64,000 bases of DNA from Alphaproteobacteria bacterium (lineage in GTDB: Bacteria > Pseudomonadota > Alphaproteobacteria > CADEGL01). Positions 9,522-18,241 of the stretch are shown in pieces. The position numbers and the translations under genes were made by a program. The notes beneath the pieces are model-generated. The model saw nothing but the letters and a program-made list of their open reading frames with translations, made no database searches and had not been told where the DNA came from. The stretch is from assembly GCA_963666705.2 (NCBI GenBank), contig CAXXKO010000025.1, forward strand, positions 160,652 through 224,651. The letters are read 5' to 3'. Position 1 is the first letter of the stretch; each line of letters starts with the position of its first letter.

Positions 9522-10931
9522 TGTAGATAGCACACGATCTGTCCGTTCTATGTAGCACACGATCTGTCCGGTTTATTGAGCCTCCTGTTTGAAGGGGGTG
9601 GGATGAGACGGACAGATGTTTTGCAAGGTGTGCGCATGATGAGGTTTCGGGATGTTTTCGGTCGTTGTGAGGCGGGATCGTTGAGCCAGTTGGAGGCGGC
9701 GGAGGTGCTTGGGGTCGGCGAGCGCACGTTTCGGCGCTGGTGCCGTCGTTTCGAGTGTGAGGGCGATGCGGGGCTTCTGGACCGGCGTCTGGGCAAGCCG
9801 TCGCCCAAGCGGGTGCCGGTGGACGAGGCGATGCGGGTCGAAGCTCTTTACCGCGAGCGCTACGCGGGTTTCACGGTCAAGCACTTCCACGAGCACCTGG
9901 TGAAGGACCACGGCTTCCGCTGGGGTTACACCTGGACCAAGACGTTTCTCCACGGCCGCGGCCTGGCGGCGCCGGCGCCCAGGCGCGGGGCGCACCGGCG
10001 CAAGCGGCCGCGGCGGCCGCTCGTGGGCATGATGCTGCATCAGGACGGCTCGACGCACCGCTGGCTGCCGGGCCGCGACGAAGAGCAGGATATGATCGTC
10101 TCTCTGGACGATGCGAGCGGGGCGATCTACTCGGGCTTCCTGGTCGCCGAGGAGGGCACCATGTCGAGCTTCCAGGGGCTGGGCGAGGTGTTCGGCCGGC
10201 ACGGGCTGCCGTGCGCGCTCTACACCGACCGCGCGAGCCACTACTTCCACACCCCCCAGGCGGGTGGCAAGGTGGACCGCGACAAGCCCTCCCAGCTCGG
10301 ACGGGCCTTGGCCCAGCTCGGCATCGAGCACATCGCGGCCTATTCGCCGGAGGCGCGCGGGCGCTCCGAGCGCGCCTTCCGCACCTTGCAGGACCGGCTC
10401 CCCAAGGAGTTGGCATTGGCCGGCGTCTCGACGATCGAAGGGGCCAACCGCTTCCTCGCCGAGACCTTCATTCCCGACTACAATGCGCGCTTCGCGATCG
10501 CTCCCGAAGAGCCGGGCTCGGCCTTCGTCGCCGTGCCGGCGGAACAGTGGCGCGACGTGCTGTGCGTCCAGGAGACGCGCACCGTCGGCAACGACAACAC
10601 CGTACGCTTCCACGGCATCGTCCTGCAGATCCCGCCGTCATCGCTGAGGCCGCACTACGTCAAGGCCAAGGTCCGCGTCCACCACTATCCGGACGCCACC
10701 TACGCCATATTCCACGGGCCGCGCCCGATCGCCCGCTACCGAGGCGATGGCGCGCTTCTGGAAGGAGACACCATGAAGAGGGCCGCGTGATGCCGCTCGA
10801 CGCGACCCGCCCGTGGATAAGTGGACAGCTCGGCTACGCCGACCTGACCACTTCCCCACAGGCGCCACAACATCAACAGAGCGGTCAATCGATGTGCTAC
10901 ATAAACCGGCCAACTTAATTCGCTATCTACA
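9522..10931 (+). mobile_element. ISNCY-family (IS1202-group-like) insertion sequence (1410 bp)
   Basis: Termini TGTAGATAGC (9522-9531) and GCTATCTACA (10922-10931). Subterminal repeats AGCACACGATCTGTCCG x2 on the left, with an inverted GTGCTACATAAACCGG on the right. Flanked by a perfect 17-bp direct repeat TCGGTTGTAAAGCCAAC (9505-9521 and 10932-10948). Confidence 0.8.
9603..10790 (+). CDS. ISNCY-family transposase (HTH plus rve/integrase-core domain)
   Basis: GGGGGTGGG then ATG at 9603. MRRTDVLQGVRMMRFRDVF...RTFRRWCRRFECEGDAGLLDRRLGK...MLHQDGSTHRW...YSPEARGRSERAFRTLQDRLPKEL. Confidence 0.8.
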   Translation: MRRTDVLQGVRMMRFRDVFGRCEAGSLSQLEAAEVLGVGERTFRRWCRRFECEGDAGLLDRRLGKPSPKRVPVDEAMRVEALYRERYAGFTVKHFHEHLVKDHGFRWGYTWTKTFLHGRGLAAPAPRRGAHRRKRPRRPLVGMMLHQDGSTHRWLPGRDEEQDMIVSLDDASGAIYSGFLVAEEGTMSSFQGLGEVFGRHGLPCALYTDRASHYFHTPQAGGKVDRDKPSQLGRALAQLGIEHIAAYSPEARGRSERAFRTLQDRLPKELALAGVSTIEGANRFLAETFIPDYNARFAIAPEEPGSAFVAVPAEQWRDVLCVQETRTVGNDNTVRFHGIVLQIPPSSLRPHYVKAKVRVHHYPDATYAIFHGPRPIARYRGDGALLEGDTMKRAA

Positions 10932-11047
10932 TCGGTTGTAAAGCCAACGTTCAAGTCCAGTTCGCAGTTTGTGAGCACCAATCCCCAAACTGAGACACCA
11001 CCGACGCACGGCTCACTCCGGTCAGTGAAAAACCCCGCCGGCGCCCC

Positions 11048-11788
11048 TCATATCATCGCCATGCCGCCGTTGACGTGCAGGGTCTGGCCGGTGACGTAGG
11101 CCGATTCGGCGCTCGCGAGGAAGGCGACGCAGGCGGCCACGTCGTCGGGGGCACCGAAGCGCCCCGCCGGGATGCGGCCCAGGAGCTGCTCGCGCTGGGC
11201 CTCGGCCAGCCCATCCGTCATGGCCGTCTCGATGAAGCCCGGGGCGACGCAGTTGACGGTCACGCCGCGCCCCGCGACCTCGCCCGCGAGCGCCTTCGAC
11301 ATGCCGACCATGCCGGCCTTGGACGCGGCGTAGTTGGCCTGGCCCGGGTTGCCGGTGGCGCCGACCACGGAGGTGATGGCGATGATGCGCCCCCAGCGCC
11401 GCTTCAGCATGCCGCGCATGGCGGCGCGGGCGAGGCGGAAGCCCGCCGTCAGGTTCACGTCGATGACCGCCTGCCAGTCCGCGTCGCCCATGCGCATGGC
11501 GAGGCCGTCGCGGGTGAGGCCGGCGTTGTTGACGAGGATGTCGATCTGTCCCGCCGCCGCCTCGGCCGCCGCGATCAGCGCCCCCGCCGCCTCGGGCTCG
11601 GCCAGGTTTGCGGGTGCCGGGTGGGCACGCGCGCCGAGATCGGCGGCGAGGGATTCGAGCGCCTCCGCCCGGGTGCCCGAAAGCACCACGGTGGCGCCCT
11701 GGGCGTGGAGGGTGCGGGCGATGGCGCCGCCGATGCCGCCCGAGGCGCCGGTGACGAGGGCGGACTTGCCGGTGAGGTCGAACATCAT
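11048..11788 (-). CDS. fabG: 3-oxoacyl-ACP reductase
   Basis: 246 aa. ALVTGASGGIGGAIA, NNAGLTRD, YAASKAGMVGMSKALA. Directly downstream of fabD. Confidence 0.93.
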   Translation of the reverse strand: MMFDLTGKSALVTGASGGIGGAIARTLHAQGATVVLSGTRAEALESLAADLGARAHPAPANLAEPEAAGALIAAAEAAAGQIDILVNNAGLTRDGLAMRMGDADWQAVIDVNLTAGFRLARAAMRGMLKRRWGRIIAITSVVGATGNPGQANYAASKAGMVGMSKALAGEVAGRGVTVNCVAPGFIETAMTDGLAEAQREQLLGRIPAGRFGAPDDVAACVAFLASAESAYVTGQTLHVNGGMAMI

Positions 11789-11797
11789 GTGCCGCCC

Positions 11798-12739
11798 CTA
11801 GGCGGAGCCGAGGAACGCCTCGACCTCGGCCGGGGCGCCGATGGACGCGGTCACGAAATCGCGGTCGATGCGCCGCGCGAGGCCGGCGAGGACGCGCCCC
11901 GCACCAAGCTCGACGACCTCCCCCACCCCGGCATCGCGGAGGTAGAGCATGCTTTCCCGCCAGCGCACCATGGTGGTCACCTGGCGAACCAGGAGGCGCC
12001 CGATCTCGTCCGGGTCGGCGACGGGCGCGGCCGTCACGTTGGCGACCACCGGGACAACCGGCTCCACGAGCGCCGCCGCATCGAGCGCGGCCGCCATGAC
12101 CGCGGCCGCCGGCGCCATCAGGGCGCAGTGGAACGGCGCGCTCACCGCGAGCGGGATGGCGCGCTTGGCCCCCTTCTCGACCGCGAGCGCGATGGCCCGC
12201 TCGACCGCCGCCGCCGAGCCGCTGACCACCACCTGCCCGCCGCCGTTGTCGTTGGCGAGGTCGCAGACCTCGTCCCCGGCCGCCTCGCGCGCGAGGTCGG
12301 CCACGGCATCGATCTCAAGGCCGATGATGGCGGCCATGGCGCCGGCGCCGACGGGCACCGCCTCCTGCATGGCGCGGCCGCGGGTCTTGAGCAGGCCCGC
12401 GGCCTCGGCGAGGGAGAGGGCGCCGGCCGCCGCGAGCGCCGAATATTCGCCCAGCGAGTGGCCGGCCACGAAGCTGGCCGCGTCGCGCAGGACGAGGTTG
12501 CCATCACGCTCGAGCACGCGCAGGACGGCGAGGCTGACCGCCATCAGGGCCGGCTGGGCGTTCTCGGTCAGCACCAGCTCGTCCTCCGGCCCCTCGAACA
12601 TGAGGCGGCTCAGGCGCTGGGAGAGCGCGTCATCGACCTCTTCGAACACGTCGCGCGCGGGCGCGAAGGCGGCGGCCAGCTCCCGCCCCATGCCGACGGC
12701 CTGGGACCCTTGGCCCGGAAAGAGGAATGCGCGTGTCAT
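11798..12739 (-). CDS. fabD: Malonyl-CoA:ACP transacylase
   Basis: Internal ATG (cat at 12737-12739) of ORF 11798..13519 gives MTRAFLFPGQGSQAVGMGREL...GHSLGEYSALAAAG. 313 aa. Confidence 0.93.
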   Translation of the reverse strand: MTRAFLFPGQGSQAVGMGRELAAAFAPARDVFEEVDDALSQRLSRLMFEGPEDELVLTENAQPALMAVSLAVLRVLERDGNLVLRDAASFVAGHSLGEYSALAAAGALSLAEAAGLLKTRGRAMQEAVPVGAGAMAAIIGLEIDAVADLAREAAGDEVCDLANDNGGGQVVVSGSAAAVERAIALAVEKGAKRAIPLAVSAPFHCALMAPAAAVMAAALDAAALVEPVVPVVANVTAAPVADPDEIGRLLVRQVTTMVRWRESMLYLRDAGVGEVVELGAGRVLAGLARRIDRDFVTASIGAPAEVEAFLGSA

Positions 12740-12838
12740 GTATGGCCCCGGTCCTTGCATCGAGCGGCGGCCCAGTGATACCTTTCGCCCAGATGCTGTC
12801 AAGCGCCCGCTCCCTTGGCGAGCGGGGCGCGAATGGTT

Positions 12839-12866
12839 TTGCGAAATAGCTGGATTGTTGTATAAA
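12839..12866 (+). promoter_or_regulatory. Candidate sigma70-type promoter for rpsF-rpsR-rplI
   Basis: TTGCGA (12839-12844), 16-nt spacer, TATAAA (12861-12866), ~70 nt upstream of the rpsF ATG. Pattern match only. Confidence 0.3.
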
Positions 12867-12934
12867 CCGGCGCTCGCCCGCGCCCGCGGCGCAATAAGGC
12901 GCCGGGTGCGGGCCATCAGTTGGAGACAGACGAA

Positions 12935-13480
12935 ATGCCGTTGTACGAAAGCGTGTTCATCGCGCGGCAGGACATCTCCCAGACCCAGGTCGAGGCCTTG
13001 CTCGAGCGTTTCGGCGGCATCGTCACCGAGGGCGGCGGCGAGGTCGGCAAGACCGAGTATTGGGGCGTGCGTGGCCTGGCCTACCGCATCAAGAAGAACC
13101 GCAAGGGCCATTACGTGATGATGAGCCTCGATGCGCCCGCGCCGGCGATCCAGGAGATGGAGCGCAACATGCGGCTCGACGAGGACATCCTGCGCTACCT
13201 CACCTTGAAGGTCGATGCCTTCGAGGAGGGACCCTCGATCATGATGCAGCGCGGCCGCGACGACCGAGGCCGCGGCGGGCGCCGCGACCGGGACGATCGC
13301 CCGGGCCGGGACGAGCACCGCGACAGGCCGCCCGGGGGCAACATGGACGAGGCTCGCACCGCGGCGCCCAAGGCTCCCGCGGTGGTGCCCGAGACTCCCG
13401 TGGCGGCGCCCGAGCCTCCCGCGGTGGTGCCCGAAGAGGGCGCGGCGACGGCCAGCAAATCCGAAGGAGTTGACGAATGA
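12935..13480 (+). CDS. rpsF: 30S ribosomal protein S6 with a long low-complexity C-terminal extension
   Basis: [26 protein letters not shown]...[22 protein letters not shown]. The tail is [30 protein letters not shown] followed by a Pro/Ala/Glu-rich end. Confidence 0.9.
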   Translation: MPLYESVFIARQDISQTQVEALLERFGGIVTEGGGEVGKTEYWGVRGLAYRIKKNRKGHYVMMSLDAPAPAIQEMERNMRLDEDILRYLTLKVDAFEEGPSIMMQRGRDDRGRGGRRDRDDRPGRDEHRDRPPGGNMDEARTAAPKAPAVVPETPVAAPEPPAVVPEEGAATASKSEGVDE

Positions 13481-13740
13481 GCCCGCCTCAGGCACGCGGC
13501 GGATCCGGGCCCGGCGCACGCCGGCCCTTTTTCCGGCGGCGCAAGAGCTGTCCTTTCTCGGGGCCCAAGGCGCCGAAGATCGACTACAAGGACGTGCGCA
13601 TGCTTCAGCGCTACACCTCCGAGCGCGGCAAGATGGTGCCGAGCCGGATCACGGCCGTGTCGGCAAAGAAGCAGCGCGAGCTGGCCAAGGCCATCAAGCG
13701 GGCGCGATTCCTGGCGCTGATGCCCTACATCGTCCGGTAA
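13477..13740 (+). CDS. rpsR: 30S ribosomal protein S18
   Basis: 87 aa. [71 protein letters not shown] overlap with rpsF. Confidence 0.95.
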   Translation: MSPPQARGGSGPGARRPFFRRRKSCPFSGPKAPKIDYKDVRMLQRYTSERGKMVPSRITAVSAKKQRELAKAIKRARFLALMPYIVR

Positions 13741-13757
13741 CCGGGCCGGCACGCGCC

Positions 13758-14687
13758 ATGTCCAGGGACATGCTCCTCGCCCTGGGTGGCGGCGCGGCGA
13801 GCGCTCTTTTCCTCCTGTCCCTGATGACCGGCACGCCCGGCGCCATGATCCTGGCGCTCGTCGCCCCGTTGCCGCTCTTCCTGGTTGGACTCGGCCTCGG
13901 CCCCGCGGCCGGCGCCCTCGCCGGCACCGCCGGGGCCGCGATCTCGACGCTTCTCGGGGGACTCCTCGTGGGCGCCGTCTACCTCTTCATCTTCGCCGCC
14001 CCGTCCCTGTTCCTCGCCCGTCAGGCGCTGCTCAACCGGGCCGAGGCCGGGGGCGTCACGGAATGGTATCCGCCCGGCCTGCTGGTGGGGTGGGCCGCGG
14101 CCATGGGCGGCGCGATCCTCGTCGTCGCCACCCTCATGCTGGCGGGCTCGGAAGGTGGCATCGAGGGGCAGGTCCGCGAGCTGCTATCGGAAGCGGCCGA
14201 GTATATCACCCAAGGCGCCCTCGACCCCGGGGAGGCTATCGCGATCCAGGTCTATGCCGACAACTTCCCGGCGTTGGCCTTGTGCACGTGGCTGCTCATG
14301 ACCGCGATCAACGGCATCGCGGCCCAGAACCTGCTGGTGCGCCAGGGGCGCAACCGGCGGCCGACGCCCGATATCATCGATATCGAGGCGCCCAGCTGGA
14401 TACCGTTCGCGGTCGCGGCCGCGCTCCTGCTCGCCTTAGTGGGCGCCGGCACTCTCGCCTTCCTGGGGCGCAACTTGGCGCTCATCCTCGCGGCACCCTA
14501 TTTCTTCGTGGGTCTTGCCGTGATTCACGCGCTGGCCCGGCGCGCGGCCAACAAGTCCGTCATCCTGGCGGCGTTTTATGGGCTATTGATATTCCTCGGC
14601 ATCATTGCGATGCTGGCGGTGATGGTGCTCGGGTTCGTTGAAACCTGGGCCGGGCTGCGCCGGCGGGCCAAGGGTCCGAGCACCTAG
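13758..14687 (+). CDS. DUF2232-like polytopic membrane protein
   Basis: ATG at 13758. Multiple TM helices. Lies between rpsR and rplI, a position I recall as conserved in Alphaproteobacteria. Confidence 0.6.
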   Translation: MSRDMLLALGGGAASALFLLSLMTGTPGAMILALVAPLPLFLVGLGLGPAAGALAGTAGAAISTLLGGLLVGAVYLFIFAAPSLFLARQALLNRAEAGGVTEWYPPGLLVGWAAAMGGAILVVATLMLAGSEGGIEGQVRELLSEAAEYITQGALDPGEAIAIQVYADNFPALALCTWLLMTAINGIAAQNLLVRQGRNRRPTPDIIDIEAPSWIPFAVAAALLLALVGAGTLAFLGRNLALILAAPYFFVGLAVIHALARRAANKSVILAAFYGLLIFLGIIAMLAVMVLGFVETWAGLRRRAKGPST

Positions 14688-14698
14688 GAGGTTCTGCC

Positions 14699-15322
14699 AT
14701 GCAAGTCATCCTGCTCGAGCGCGTCGAGAGGCTGGGCGACATGGGCGACGAGGTGGTCGTCAAGCCCGGTTACGCCCGCAACTACCTGCTGCCCCGCAAG
14801 AAGGCGCTGAGGGTTACCAAGGACAACCGCGTGCTGTTCGAGGCACGGCGCGGCGAGCTCGAGGAAGCCAACCGCAAGCGGCGGGACGAGGCGCTCGGAA
14901 TCGCCGGCGGCATGGACGGCCTGACCCTGATCCTCATCCGCCAGGCCGGCGATACGGGCCAGCTCTACGGATCGGTCTCGGCCCGCGATATCGTCGCGGC
15001 GCTCGACCCCGCGGGCTTCAAGGTCGATCGGGGCCAGATCCAGCTCGACCGCCCGATCAAGGACCTCGGCCTCTACCAGGTGCGCGTCGTGCTGCATGCC
15101 GAGGTGACCGAGACCATCACCGTCAACGTCGCCCGCACCGAGGCCGAGGCCGCCGCCCAGGCCGAGCGCGCGGCGGAGGAGGCCGCGGCAGAAGCGGCCG
15201 AGGACGCGGAGGCTAGCGCGCCGGTGACCCCGGCGGTGGCCGAAGAGCCAAACGAGTCAGAGGCGGCATCCGCCGAAGGTGGCGACGACGCCGGGGCGGG
15301 CACGGGGCGGGACGACCAGTAG
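14699..15322 (+). CDS. rplI: 50S ribosomal protein L9 with an acidic Ala/Glu-rich C-terminal tail
   Basis: MQVILLERVERLGDMGDEVVVKPGYARNYLLPRKKALRVTKDN... Confidence 0.93.
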   Translation: MQVILLERVERLGDMGDEVVVKPGYARNYLLPRKKALRVTKDNRVLFEARRGELEEANRKRRDEALGIAGGMDGLTLILIRQAGDTGQLYGSVSARDIVAALDPAGFKVDRGQIQLDRPIKDLGLYQVRVVLHAEVTETITVNVARTEAEAAAQAERAAEEAAAEAAEDAEASAPVTPAVAEEPNESEAASAEGGDDAGAGTGRDDQ

Positions 15323-15404
15323 GCCAGGCCCCACGCCGGAGCGGACGGAAAGGAGACCGCCGCTCGGGCTGGGCGCTCTGAAGCCAGGAAGCGGAGGCGT
15401 TCCA

Positions 15405-16631
15405 ATGCTGTTCGCGCGTTTCCTCGACAAGATCATCCGGCGCGGCACCCTCGAGGTGATCGACGCCACCGGCCGCAAGCATATCTTCACGGGCACGGAA
15501 TGGCCGCGCTGCGCCGTCCGCCTCCACGACCGGGCGCTCCACCGCTCCCTTATCCTGCACCCGCAGCTCGGCCTCGGCGAAGCCTACATGGACGGGCGCC
15601 TCACCATCGAGGAGGGCACCATCCACGACTTCCTCGATCTGTGCGGCCGCAACTTCGCGGTGTTCGGCGAACATCCCATCCAACGCTTCAAGAACCGGCT
15701 GAGCACGGCGCTCCGCGGCATCCAGCAGATCAATCCGGTGGGGATCGCCCAGCGCAACGTCGCCCATCACTACGACCTCTCGGGCAAGCTCTACGACCTG
15801 TTCCTCGACGAGGACCGGCAGTACTCCTGCGCCTACTTCGCCAACGGCAACGAAAGCCTGGAGGTGGCGCAAGAGAACAAGAAGCGGCACCTGGCCGCGA
15901 AGCTCTTGCTCGAGCCCGGCCAGAAGGTGCTCGACATCGGCTCGGGCTGGGGCGGGCTCGGCCTCTACCTCGCGCGCGCCACGGGTGCCGACGTGACCGG
16001 GGTCACGCTCTCGACCGAACAGCACAAGGTCTCGCAAGAACGGGCGCTGAAGGCCGGGCTCTCCGATCGGGTGCGCTTCCGCCTGCAGGACTACCGCCTG
16101 GTGCCCGGGGCCTTCGACCGCATCGTGTCGGTCGGCATGTTCGAGCATGTGGGCGTGCGCCACTACGGCGAGTTCTTCGCGAAGGTGGAGGAACTCCTGA
16201 CCGAGGACGGGATCTGTGTCCTGCACTCGATCGGCCACATGGAACGTCCCTGTGCCACCAACCCCTGGCTCCGCAAGTACATCTTCCCCGGCGGCCATAC
16301 GCCCGCCATGTCGGAGATGCTGGCGGCGGTCGAGAAGAGCGGCCTCACAATCACCGACGTCGAAATCCTGCGCCTCCACTACGCCGAGACCCTCAAGGAA
16401 TGGTATCGGCGCTTCACGGCCAATCGGGACCAGGTCAAGGAACTCTACGACGAGCGCTTCTGCCGCATGTGGGAGTTCTATCTTGCGAGCTCCGAGGCCT
16501 CCTTCCGCCACATGGGCCATATGGTGGTCCAGATGCAACTCGCCAAGCGCCAGGACGCGGCGCCGCTCAGTCGCGACTACATCACCGACTGGGAGCGGGA
16601 CCACACCGGCCTCTTCGAGTCGGCCGGCTGA
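15405..16631 (+). CDS. cfa: Cyclopropane-fatty-acyl-phospholipid synthase family methyltransferase
   Basis: ATG at 15405. HYDLSGKLYDLFLDEDRQYSCAYF, VLDIGSGWGGLGLYLA, YAETLKEWYRRF. Confidence 0.85.
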   Translation: MLFARFLDKIIRRGTLEVIDATGRKHIFTGTEWPRCAVRLHDRALHRSLILHPQLGLGEAYMDGRLTIEEGTIHDFLDLCGRNFAVFGEHPIQRFKNRLSTALRGIQQINPVGIAQRNVAHHYDLSGKLYDLFLDEDRQYSCAYFANGNESLEVAQENKKRHLAAKLLLEPGQKVLDIGSGWGGLGLYLARATGADVTGVTLSTEQHKVSQERALKAGLSDRVRFRLQDYRLVPGAFDRIVSVGMFEHVGVRHYGEFFAKVEELLTEDGICVLHSIGHMERPCATNPWLRKYIFPGGHTPAMSEMLAAVEKSGLTITDVEILRLHYAETLKEWYRRFTANRDQVKELYDERFCRMWEFYLASSEASFRHMGHMVVQMQLAKRQDAAPLSRDYITDWERDHTGLFESAG

Positions 16632-16729
16632 GGGACTTGTCCCCACAGTTCCCAGACTGTGTGCGCAATATATGTGAGTCCGGCGAGAATCCGGATGCCG
16701 GGCTCGACGCGCCGGGCTAAGTTGCCGTC

Positions 16730-18241
16730 ATGGCGAATGGAATACATAACCATAACATTGCCGCGCTGCGCGAGGAGGGGGACGGAGGTACGGGCTACCG
16801 CCCGCCGCCGCACAATTTCGAGGCCGAGATGGCGCTCCTTGGGGCTCTCCTGGCCAACAACCGCGCTTACGAGAAGGTCTCCGAGTTCCTGCGCCCGGAG
16901 CACTTCGCCGATCCCGTCCACGGGCGTATCTTCGGAGCCGCCTCGCGCCTGATCGAGGCCGGCCAGATCGCCGACCCGGTCACCCTCAAGGACTTCTTCG
17001 AGCAGGACGGCAGCCTCACGGAGATCGGCGGCACCCAGTACCTCGCCCAGCTCGCGGGCTCGGTCGTCACCTTCGTCAACGCCGCCGACTACGGCCGCAC
17101 CATCTACGACCGCCACCTGCGCCGGGAACTGATCGACATCGCCCAGGACATCGCCGAGCGGGCCTACGACTACGACATCGACGAGAATGCCATCCGCCAG
17201 ATCGAGCATGCGGAGGAGGGCCTGTTCGAGCTCGCCACATCGGGCGAATACGGCGAGGGCTTCCGGACCTTCAAACAAGCCCTGACCGACGCCGTCGAGG
17301 TCGCCCAGGCGGCCTACAAGCGCGAGGGGCGGGTGACGGGGGTGAGCACCAGCTTCACCGACATCGACGCCCTCCTGGGCGGCATGCACAAGGCGGAGCT
17401 CCTGATCATCGCCGGACGCCCGAGCATGGGGAAGACCGCCATTGCCACCAACATCGCCTTCAACGCGGCCAAGGCGCTGCGCATGGAGAAGGGCGAGGAT
17501 GGCGAGATGCACCAAGTGGACGGGGCGGTCGTCGGATTCTTCTCGCTCGAAATGTCGGCCGAGGAGCTGGCGACGCGCATCCTCGCCGAGGAGGCGCGCA
17601 TCTCGTCCAACAAGATCCGGCGCGGCGAGATGAGCCAGGCGGAGTTCACGCGCCTCGTCGATGCCTCGCAAAAGCTAGCCAACGCCCCCTTCTTCATCGA
17701 CGATACGGCGGCGCTCACCGTCTCGGCCATGCGCACCCGGGCGCGGCGCCTCAAGCGCCAGCACGGCCTCTCGCTCATCGTCATCGACTACCTCCAGCTC
17801 CTGCGCCCGCCCGGCGAGAGCCGCTCCGAGAACCGGGTGCAGGAGATCGCGGCGATCACCCGCGCGCTCAAGGCGCTGTCCAAGGAGCTCTCGGTCCCGG
17901 TCCTCGCCCTCTCCCAGCTCAGCCGCGCGGTCGAGCAGCGCGAGGACAAGCGCCCGCAGCTCGCCGACCTGAGAGAATCGGGCACCATCGAGCAGGATTC
18001 GGACGTGGTGATGTTCGTTTTCCGCAAGGAGTACTACCTGCAGCGCCTCGAGCCGCCCGAAGGCACGGACAAGCATATGGAGTGGCAGGCCGAGATGGAC
18101 GAGGTCCACAACATCGCGGAGATCATCGTCGCCAAGCAGCGCAACGGCCCGGTGGGCACGGCCAAGCTCTACTTCCGGCCCGAGTTCACCCGTTTCGAGA
18201 ATCTCACGCCGGACGATCATCGGCCGGATGTCAAGCTCTAG
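16730..18241 (+). CDS. dnaB: Replicative DNA helicase
   Basis: 503 aa. PPHNFEAEMALLGALL, Walker A GRPSMGKTA, SQLSRAVEQREDKRPQLADLRESGTIEQDSD. Confidence 0.95.
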   Translation: MANGIHNHNIAALREEGDGGTGYRPPPHNFEAEMALLGALLANNRAYEKVSEFLRPEHFADPVHGRIFGAASRLIEAGQIADPVTLKDFFEQDGSLTEIGGTQYLAQLAGSVVTFVNAADYGRTIYDRHLRRELIDIAQDIAERAYDYDIDENAIRQIEHAEEGLFELATSGEYGEGFRTFKQALTDAVEVAQAAYKREGRVTGVSTSFTDIDALLGGMHKAELLIIAGRPSMGKTAIATNIAFNAAKALRMEKGEDGEMHQVDGAVVGFFSLEMSAEELATRILAEEARISSNKIRRGEMSQAEFTRLVDASQKLANAPFFIDDTAALTVSAMRTRARRLKRQHGLSLIVIDYLQLLRPPGESRSENRVQEIAAITRALKALSKELSVPVLALSQLSRAVEQREDKRPQLADLRESGTIEQDSDVVMFVFRKEYYLQRLEPPEGTDKHMEWQAEMDEVHNIAEIIVAKQRNGPVGTAKLYFRPEFTRFENLTPDDHRPDVKL

